A DNA stretch of 64,000 nucleotides, from positions 1 to 64,000 of the IMG/VR virus record IMGVR_UViG_3300045988_182393; one strand, written 5' to 3'. Position 1 is the stretch's first letter. Each line of letters begins with the position of its first letter. The notes under the pieces were generated by a model that was given only the letters and a program-made list of their open reading frames with translations, was not told the DNA's origin and did not search any database. This DNA comes from a virus. The position numbers and the translations under genes are program-made. Below, piece after piece: positions 40,163 to 47,129 of the stretch.

Positions 40163-40627
40163 ATGTCCACCCTCAAAAACGGTGAGTTCGGCATCGACTT
40201 GGACAAGGAGAAAATTCTCTGGACTGACCGCAAGCGCCACACTATCTTTTCTCTGCCGCTGTCCTTTACGAAGTACACCCTGACCGAGACCAAACTCATC
40301 ATCCAGCGTGGCTGCTTTAATCTGCGCGAGGATGAGATTCAGCTGTACCGCGTCCGGGACATCGCGTTCAAGCAGAACTTCTATGAGCGTCTGTGCCGTG
40401 TTGGTAGCATTCATCTCTGCTCCACGGATGCCATGACACCGGAAATCGATATCCGTCGTATCAAGAACCCGCGTGATGTCAAGGAAGTGCTTTCTAAGAC
40501 CATCGAGGCTTGCCGGAAAGCGAACGGTATCCGTACTTCGGAAATCATCGGGGACCATGGTCACTTCCCAGAGCCTGCCCCGCATGGTATGCCGCCTGAA
40601 CCTTGCCACGAACATCCCCATGACTAA
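40163..40627 (+). CDS. Bacterial PH-domain (bPH_2/YdbT-like) protein
   Basis: RBS aaaggag. TKYTLTETKLIIQRGCFNLREDEIQLYRVRDIAFKQ resembles bPH_2. Confidence 0.5.
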   Translation: MSTLKNGEFGIDLDKEKILWTDRKRHTIFSLPLSFTKYTLTETKLIIQRGCFNLREDEIQLYRVRDIAFKQNFYERLCRVGSIHLCSTDAMTPEIDIRRIKNPRDVKEVLSKTIEACRKANGIRTSEIIGDHGHFPEPAPHGMPPEPCHEHPHD

Positions 40628-40630
40628 TAC

Positions 40631-40670
40631 CAGCCCGTACAGATTCAGTTCTGTGCGGGCTGTTTTTTGT
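40631..40670 (+). terminator. Rho-independent terminator
   Basis: cagcccg...cgggctg then tttttt. Confidence 0.65.
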
Positions 40671-40922
40671 TTCCAAAAGAAATTTGAAATCCGGTCTGGT
40701 CGGATTCATGAGGTATAACGGTTGACCGATTATGCGAACCTCATACAAGTCAACTACCCAACCTGAAGGAGGGGTGTACTAAGATTGGCCTTGAATACAA
40801 GCAGGTTAGCAGCTTCTCCGACCACATGCAGCGGATGACTGTTGAGGAGTTTGGCGAACGCCTGAAGGAACAGTGGAAGGTTTTGATGAGAGACCTGAAA
40901 TAAACTGCCACCGAAAAGAATA

Positions 40923-40960
40923 ACCTACCTGCCACAAGCAGGTGGGTCTTTTTCTTTTTG
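40923..40960 (+). terminator. Rho-independent terminator
   Basis: acctacctgc-cacaa-gcaggtgggt then ctttttcttttt. Confidence 0.6.
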
Positions 40961-41295
40961 TACTGGCAGCAGCCTAAAGAGGAGGGAGCCGCCCAATGAA
41001 ATGCCTATTCCAGAACGTCTTAAATTGACTCGTGGTGCGATTCGCATAGAATGAAAAGAAATGAAACAGAAAGCGAGATGAGTATAATGTTTGCAATGTG
41101 TCGAGATGGCTCAACCGTTCATGCCTTTGGAAACGCCATCAGTGTCAGCGGCCGGGGCATGAGTGAAACCTATGTTTTATGTGGGAACATGCTCACCGGC
41201 CCTCATGGGTTCAGGTCGATGAACTGCAGGAGCATCGACGAGGAGTTTTGCCTGGTGTGCGGTGTACACGGCGGCAAGAATTGGTGAAGCAAAAT

Positions 41296-41399
41296 CCTTG
41301 ATTTGTGTTGTTTTTTGGGTGTGTTAAGGTCTTGATTTGTGTAGGATTTTACCCTTTCATAGGTCTTGATTTGTGTTAAGTCCTGAGACAAATACAAGA
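41296..41399. repeat. Iteron/operator-like array: 3 direct copies of (C/G)TCTTGATTTGTGT at ~34-bp spacing plus one inverted partial copy
   Basis: 41296-41309, 41329-41342, 41364-41378. Inverted gacaaatacaag at 41386-41399. Confidence 0.6.
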
Positions 41400-41439
41400 A
41401 ATCGCGAACCCGATATAAGAAATTTTGTATTGCTACAGC

Positions 41440-41457
41440 GTGCGAATTGCATACAAT
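41440..41457 (+). promoter_or_regulatory. Conserved promoter box GTGCGAA-N5-TACAAT
   Basis: gcgtgcgaa ttgca tacaat. Confidence 0.55.
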
Positions 41458-41506
41458 AAAAGATGTCGAAAGATAAACCACAACACACAAAAAGGAGATT
41501 TTAACA

Positions 41507-41826
41507 TGAGCACTAGCATTCTGAAACTTGAAGCCACTGTAATCCGTCCCAAAGATTTTGACGAACTCGACGGCCTCGCCGCTTCCATCAGCTTCCCTGT
41601 CGAATACGATGATGAAGCAATTGGTGAGGCCCTGGGCGACCAGGACCTGATGGCCTATGTCGTCGGAGAGCTGCACGACCTCGTTGTCCGTATGCGTCCC
41701 GAATGGCTGGATAACGAGGATACCAGCCTGACCATCAAGGCATTCCTGGACGACGCCGAGTGCCAGACGTTTAAGGGCCTTGTTGCAATGAAAGAAGACA
41801 GCTACACCTTCGACCTTGAAGGCTAA
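41507..41826 (+). CDS. Small acidic hypothetical protein (possible DNA mimic)
   Basis: 106 aa. RBS aaaggag. Strongly D/E-rich. Confidence 0.45.
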
Positions 41827-41846
41827 ACACAACAGTGCAAAAGCAA

Positions 41847-41886
41847 ACCCTGCTCGCAGCAAAATGCGGGCAGGGTCTTTTTTTGT
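41847..41886 (+). terminator. Rho-independent terminator
   Basis: 10-bp stem ccctgctcgc/gcgggcaggg then ttttttt. Confidence 0.75.
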
Positions 41887-42063
41887 TTGACAATGTGTGC
41901 GAGATGACTATGATAGATATTGTATTAAAGATACCACTTACCAATTTACTTTTTAACATTCCGCTTTTGCAAGGACAGCCTCATTTTGAGGTTGTCCTTT
42001 TTGTTTTGCAGAAGCGACCGACCCGCTGTGGAGATTGCATCAAGAGCAGCACCCGGAACTATC

Positions 42064-42906
42064 ATGAATAACATTAACATGAACGAAAAAGTCATCACCA
42101 TCTGCCCCGATTGCGGTTGCAAATACACAACCTACGAGGCAAACCTTGTTAGAGCTAAGCAGCGTGGCGTAACTGCCTGCCCTGTCTGCCGATTCAAAAC
42201 GGTCAAAAACCGTAAGGTAACTACGGCATTCAAAGCCGAAGAAACCCATAGCGAAAAGCTTGTTCCCGGAGTCAATGATTTGGCTACCAAGTATCCCAAA
42301 ATTGCAGCTATGTGGAGTCCTAAAAACACGATTCGTCCCGACGAAGTTCGCTGTGACAGTCCCGAAAATGTGATTGTTGTATGCCCTGATTGTCATGCAG
42401 AGTACACAACAAAAATCATCTCTTTGGTCAAAGACATCGAGAATGGAACCTTCACTTGCCCCGTATGCCGTGGCATGAAAGTCGTTCCCGGAACCAATGA
42501 CTTGGCAACCACATCTCCTGCCGTGGCAAAAATGTGGAGCAGCAAAAACGCTTTCTCCCCGCGTGAAGTAAGTGCCAATAGCTGCAAGAAGGTCGTCATT
42601 GTATGCCCGGATTGCGGAGAAGAATACGTCACTCACGTGAATTCTCTTGTCCACTGCATCAATAACGGCAGTTCTTTTTGTCCCTGCTGCACCAAGCATA
42701 AGCCGCTTCCTTTCGATTTTAAGGTCGAGTATAGCGGACCTATGACCAAGACCATGAATGATGGCTCGAAAGCAACCATCATTCGCATCATCAGCGCAAA
42801 CGCCGTTGACGTTCAATTCGAAGACGGATTTGTTCTGAAGCACGCCCGTTTGACACAGTTCAACAAGGGCACGCTGAAAGGCCATCACACGAATACTAAC
42901 GTTTGA
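42064..42906 (+). CDS. Protein with four tandem treble-clef zinc-ribbon repeats (DUF4379-like) and a small C-terminal beta domain
   Basis: Repeats CPDCG...CPVC-G-KVVPG-NDLAT--P--A-MWS-KN---P-EV x4. C-terminus TIIRIISANAVDVQFEDGFV. Confidence 0.6.
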   Translation: MNNINMNEKVITICPDCGCKYTTYEANLVRAKQRGVTACPVCRFKTVKNRKVTTAFKAEETHSEKLVPGVNDLATKYPKIAAMWSPKNTIRPDEVRCDSPENVIVVCPDCHAEYTTKIISLVKDIENGTFTCPVCRGMKVVPGTNDLATTSPAVAKMWSSKNAFSPREVSANSCKKVVIVCPDCGEEYVTHVNSLVHCINNGSSFCPCCTKHKPLPFDFKVEYSGPMTKTMNDGSKATIIRIISANAVDVQFEDGFVLKHARLTQFNKGTLKGHHTNTNV

Positions 42907-42938
42907 ACATTACTATGAATAACAAGGAGATGCTTACT

Positions 42939-43088
42939 ATGACTATCACCAACCCTCTGCTTCTTTCTACTCTGAACATGCTGAAGAGCATGAATCCGGA
43001 AATTTATCCGCGTGTCCTTGCTGCAGCCGAGGAAAGCGCCGACATGAAGGAATTCAACGCTCGTTTGCAGGTTATGCTGGACGAGTGA
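42939..43088 (+). CDS. small hypothetical protein
   Basis: RBS aaggag. 49 aa. Confidence 0.3.
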   Translation: MTITNPLLLSTLNMLKSMNPEIYPRVLAAAEESADMKEFNARLQVMLDE

Positions 43089-43132
43089 AGCAATTCTTCA
43101 TGAATAACAACTCAATACCCATTGAACGTAAA

Positions 43133-43180
43133 GCAGTCACTTTTGCCCTCAAAAGAGGGAAGGGTGGCTGCTTTTTTTAT
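43133..43180 (+). terminator. Rho-independent terminator (nested hairpin)
   Basis: agcagtcac...gtggctgct enclosing ccctc-aaaa-gaggg, then ttttttt. Confidence 0.6.
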
Positions 43181-43209
43181 TTTTATTGATAACAAAGGAG
43201 AAATCTATC

Positions 43210-44511
43210 ATGAATACTAACATGAAAATTATGATGCACGCTAACTCTTGCAACTGCGCTGCTTGCACTCCTGTTCCGACTCTTGGCATTGAGATGCCGT
43301 ATAACATCAAAGAAAATTGCCTTGCTGTTGCTTGCCCGAAAGCTGCGGCAATGCTGAGTGATAAAGACAAACGCCTTGCTTTGGAAGCCACTACTGGAAG
43401 CCACAGAAAAGCCACTTTTGTTTGTCCGGACTGTGGGCAGGAATTCGAAGCTGTAATCCAGAATGTTGTTCGTTCTGTAAAAAATGGCACTAAGGGTTGT
43501 CCTGTTTGCGAAGGACTTAAAGTTGTTCCTGGTATAAACGATTTAACTACCAAATGCCCAAAAGCCGCTGCTATGTGGAGCAGCAAAAATAAGCTTTCTG
43601 CTTCAGAAGTTACCGCTAGAAGCAACAAAAAGGCAATTTTCAAATGCTATGTTTGCAAGCAAGAATTTGAAGCCCAAATTTGTCATGTTGCTCGTTCTGT
43701 AGAGAATGACACTATAGGTTGCCCTATTTGTGCGGGGCTCAAGGTTGTTTCTAGCATCAACGACCTTGCGTCGCAATGCCCAGAAGCAGCCGCCATGTGG
43801 AGTAGCAAAAATAAGCTTTCTGCTTCAGAAGTCGCTGTTAAGAGCAACAAAAAAGCCTTCTTCAAATGCCGTGATTGCGGGCAAGAATTCGAAGCCGCGA
43901 TTCAAAATGTTGTCCGTTCTGTAGGCAATGGCTTTACTGGCTGTTACGACTGCAAAATGCGGAGAAAGAATGCTATTTCCAAACCAGAGTGCTTTTTGGT
44001 GCGTCCTATGATGGCATTCGCTGGTGAAAACGGAATTGCTAATCCTTTCGCTGATGTACGGAACATTTTGGGTGAGAATAGTCTCTTGGGTCTGGACTTT
44101 GTGGACCACATTCAGAAATTGTGTGGCGAATACAATGGCGTTGCATGGCATGGAGATGATGAACACGTAGTAAGAGACCGTTTCAAGTTTGAAGCTGCCC
44201 ACAAAGCTGGGTACACCATGATTCGCATTCAGGAGCCGGGGCTTGAAGTCCTTGACCCCAAATACGACATCGTTATGCCCGAAGGCTTTTACCGTAACGG
44301 CAAATACGATGCCGAAATCATGGAAGAAGTTGGCCGCAAAGTTATCCACCTGTTGGAAGAAATTTACGGTCGCAAGGCTTCTCCTGAGATTTGGGCACTG
44401 AACAACTTCAAGGAATTCGAGATTTGGTACGATGCCAACAAGAAGGAACTTGAAGCCAATGCACGGAAGAAGGGTCCGAAGGGCAAAACCGCAGCGAAGA
44501 TGGCTGCCTGA
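43210..44511 (+). CDS. Zinc-ribbon-repeat (x4) protein with a C-terminal DUF559/Vsr-like PD-(D/E)xK endonuclease domain
   Basis: Same CPxC...KVVPGINDLT/A..CP.AAAMWSSKNKLSASEV repeats as 42064-42906. C-terminus GLDFVDHIQKLCGEYNGVAWHGDDEH...GYTMIRIQE (DUF559-like). Confidence 0.65.
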   Translation: MNTNMKIMMHANSCNCAACTPVPTLGIEMPYNIKENCLAVACPKAAAMLSDKDKRLALEATTGSHRKATFVCPDCGQEFEAVIQNVVRSVKNGTKGCPVCEGLKVVPGINDLTTKCPKAAAMWSSKNKLSASEVTARSNKKAIFKCYVCKQEFEAQICHVARSVENDTIGCPICAGLKVVSSINDLASQCPEAAAMWSSKNKLSASEVAVKSNKKAFFKCRDCGQEFEAAIQNVVRSVGNGFTGCYDCKMRRKNAISKPECFLVRPMMAFAGENGIANPFADVRNILGENSLLGLDFVDHIQKLCGEYNGVAWHGDDEHVVRDRFKFEAAHKAGYTMIRIQEPGLEVLDPKYDIVMPEGFYRNGKYDAEIMEEVGRKVIHLLEEIYGRKASPEIWALNNFKEFEIWYDANKKELEANARKKGPKGKTAAKMAA

Positions 44512-44568
44512 TAGATTACAAGACCTCTGACGAACTCAGTCGTCTTTTTACATAGATAGCGTTTCCTG

Positions 44569-44610
44569 CCGTTCACCCCCTAACCGGGTGGGCGGCTTTT
44601 TCTTTTTGCT
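44569..44610 (+). terminator. Rho-independent terminator
   Basis: ccgttcaccc-cctaacc-gggtgggcgg then ctttttctttttg. Confidence 0.55.
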
Positions 44611-44796
44611 TATTTGTTGCGTAGCTGCGCTTTTTGCCGTTGGAACCGTAGGTGCCAGGATGCGTAGCTGCCGACATGACTTGACCTGATGTGCGAGGCT
44701 CGTACAATCAGATTTGTACGACAGATATCAAACACAAAATAGGGTTTATATTGAGTTGCTCAGTGGCCTTATGGCTGTTGGGCTGCTTTTTCTTTT

Positions 44797-44814
44797 GTGC
44801 GAACTGCGTACAAT
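44797..44814 (+). promoter_or_regulatory. Conserved promoter box GTGCGAA-N5-TACAAT
   Basis: tgtgcgaa ctgcg tacaat. Confidence 0.55.
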
Positions 44815-44837
44815 AAAAATCAGACGGAGGAATAACT

Positions 44838-45245
44838 ATGAAAAAATTTATTGGGACTGCTTTGGTGCTGTGCTGCCTGGCTCTACCTTTGGCTGGCTGT
44901 GAGGACGCAATCAGCACTGTGACAAGTACCACAATGTCTGAACTCGAAGATATCCCGAACCAGATATTGGCCACACCGGAAAGTGCTGAGATGAAACCGG
45001 AATACAATTACATTCATTTTCGCTACGACAACATTTGGACCGTATCCGCTCTCGTAAGCTACGAAATCGTGGACAACGGCCAAAACATAAAATTTGAAAT
45101 CAACGATAGTCGTTATCGAGACAAGGTTTTTTATACCAGCATGGCGAATGTAGAGCTCGTATACCGAGACGATAGCGTTGATTATCGCACGGGCTATGCG
45201 ATTTATCCGGGGAATGCCTCGAAATTTGGAAAAGGTGGTAAGTGA
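44838..45245 (+). CDS. Small lipoprotein
   Basis: MKKFIGTALVLCCLALPLAGC lipobox. Confidence 0.6.
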   Translation: MKKFIGTALVLCCLALPLAGCEDAISTVTSTTMSELEDIPNQILATPESAEMKPEYNYIHFRYDNIWTVSALVSYEIVDNGQNIKFEINDSRYRDKVFYTSMANVELVYRDDSVDYRTGYAIYPGNASKFGKGGK

Positions 45246-45246
45246 G

Positions 45247-45723
45247 ATGAGCATAAATTTTGTTGATGGCAATATTTTTTCACGACTGTCAACGAACAAG
45301 ACGACATATATCTGCCAACAAGTGAATTGTAAAGGCGTGATGGGAGCTGGACTTGCCATGCAAATTTGCATCCAATGGCCGGTGGTATATCAGCGCTATC
45401 TGGAGTTTTGCTATGGAAACGACGGCAACAAGTTCGGTACTTATCAGGAGGTTCTGGTAGAACCGAAGCTGTATGTCGTGAATCTGTTCGGGCAGAATGG
45501 TTATAGCCGAGGTGAAAGGCAGACGAATTATGCTGCACTGGCGGCTGCGCTGTTCTCGTTTTTTAGAGACTGCGCTCAAAAGTATCAGGACGTAACTATC
45601 CGGTTGCCATATGGTTTAGGCTGCGGACTTGCCGGAGGCGACTGGGACACGGTTCTGGACATCATCAGCGATGCAGCAAAAGCCTGGAATCTGAATGTTG
45701 AGATTTGGAAATTCCAACAGTAA
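45247..45723 (+). CDS. Macro domain protein (TARG1/OARD1-like clade)
   Basis: ICQQVNCKGVMGAGLA and LPYGLGCGLAGGDW resemble the macro P-loop and S-G-Y-G-P motifs. Confidence 0.75.
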   Translation: MSINFVDGNIFSRLSTNKTTYICQQVNCKGVMGAGLAMQICIQWPVVYQRYLEFCYGNDGNKFGTYQEVLVEPKLYVVNLFGQNGYSRGERQTNYAALAAALFSFFRDCAQKYQDVTIRLPYGLGCGLAGGDWDTVLDIISDAAKAWNLNVEIWKFQQ

Positions 45724-45726
45724 TAG

Positions 45727-45772
45727 CAGAAAGACCCTTACCGAAAATCGGTAGGGGTCTTTCTTTTTTTGT
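45727..45772 (+). terminator. Rho-independent terminator
   Basis: gaaagacccttacc-gaaaat-cggtaggggtctttc then ttttttt. Confidence 0.8.
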
Positions 45773-45892
45773 AGGGACGCAAATATGTACAGATTGTAAA
45801 CAAATGGCACCTGCCGTTGCGAAAAAGTACGATAGTGGGATAATATTAGTAAAGAAACAACAACATCATCAGTAAAGTGAGTGAAAAAGCCG

Positions 45893-46900
45893 ATGACAAA
45901 CGCAGAACTGAAAGCAGTCCTCTGGCGTGAGGAATACGATTTCCTGCACACCAACAAACGCTTGGGGAGCAACATTTTATTCCTAACGCTTAGCGGCAGT
46001 CATGCCTACGGAACCAACGTCGAAGGCTCCGATATCGATATACGTGGCGTGGCAGGCTCACCCGAAATCTTAGGGTTTAACCGCTTCGAGCAGGCCATTG
46101 ACAACCGGACAGATACAGTCATCTACGCTGTGAACAAGTTTGTCGGCTTGCTTGCGCAGAGTAATCCCAGCATTATCGAACTTCTTGGCAATGACCCGGA
46201 GCTATATGTGAACATGACGCCGGAAGGCCAAATGCTGCTTGACAATAGGGAACTGTTCTTGACTCGGCGCATTGCCTACAGCTATGGCGGCTTTGCAAAC
46301 GACCAGCTCAGACGTTTGCAGATGGGTTTGCTTCGCAACAGAGTCTCGCCGGAGGCGCTCAAAAACAAATTCGAGAAGAGAAGCCTGGAACGGTCGATTA
46401 CCGGATGGGGCAAGGATGACATTTTTGAAATCTCCATCAGTGAGGATACAGATAAAGAAGGCAAGCATCCGCTCCTGATTTCTTGCAGCTTGAACGATTA
46501 TCCAGTCACCTCTCTAAAGTCGCTGCTAAAGAGTCTGACTACGACCATCGACCAGTATGAGCAGCCGCAGCACCCGAAAGCACAAAAAGATGCTGCCCAC
46601 ATCAACAAACACGCGATGCACATTGTGCGGTTGTACTACACGGCGTTCGATATTCTGGAAAAAGGCGAGATTATCACTCACCGAGACAAGGAGCGCGAGG
46701 AACTGTTGGCGATTCGCAACGGCAAGTACCTGCGTGAAGACGGGTCGTACGCACCCGAATTCTTTGAGCTTGTTGATGCGCTTGAAAAGAGATTTCAGGA
46801 TGACGTGAGGAAAACCCCTCTTCCTGCTAAGCCTGACTTTGGAAAAATTGAGGAGCTTCTGGTGGAAATCAACAAGTCATATTTGCGGCGTATCGTGTAA
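45893..46900 (+). CDS. Pol-beta-superfamily nucleotidyltransferase (RlaP/PF10127-like)
   Basis: LTLSGSHAYGTNVEGSDIDIRGV is the GS-x9-13-DxD nucleotidyltransferase signature. GTG at 45881 is an alternative start. Confidence 0.6.
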   Translation: MTNAELKAVLWREEYDFLHTNKRLGSNILFLTLSGSHAYGTNVEGSDIDIRGVAGSPEILGFNRFEQAIDNRTDTVIYAVNKFVGLLAQSNPSIIELLGNDPELYVNMTPEGQMLLDNRELFLTRRIAYSYGGFANDQLRRLQMGLLRNRVSPEALKNKFEKRSLERSITGWGKDDIFEISISEDTDKEGKHPLLISCSLNDYPVTSLKSLLKSLTTTIDQYEQPQHPKAQKDAAHINKHAMHIVRLYYTAFDILEKGEIITHRDKEREELLAIRNGKYLREDGSYAPEFFELVDALEKRFQDDVRKTPLPAKPDFGKIEELLVEINKSYLRRIV

Positions 46901-47026
46901 AGCAGAACACCAACGACAACAACCATCAAGGCTGTACAAGATTATGCGCTCATTCGCAAGTTGCGGGTTGGCGTTCTTTTTTGCCCAAAAAACAAAAATA
47001 AAACATAGCAAAAGCCTTGCACATCT

Positions 47027-47044
47027 GTGCGAATCAGATATAAT
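47027..47044 (+). promoter_or_regulatory. Conserved promoter box GTGCGAA-N5-TATAAT
   Basis: tctgtgcgaa tcaga tataat. Confidence 0.55.
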
Positions 47045-47069
47045 AACCCTAATAAGATAAGAATTGTGC

Positions 47070-47112
47070 CCTGGCGGCTTCTGAATTGGATGCTGCCGGG
47101 GCATTTTGTTTG
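47070..47112 (+). terminator. Leader hairpin/terminator-like structure between the promoter box and the helicase start (attenuator-like)
   Basis: gccctggcggc-ttctgaattggat-gctgccggggc then attttgtttg. Confidence 0.35.
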
Positions 47113-47129
47113 TTAAGGAGAATTTGGCT

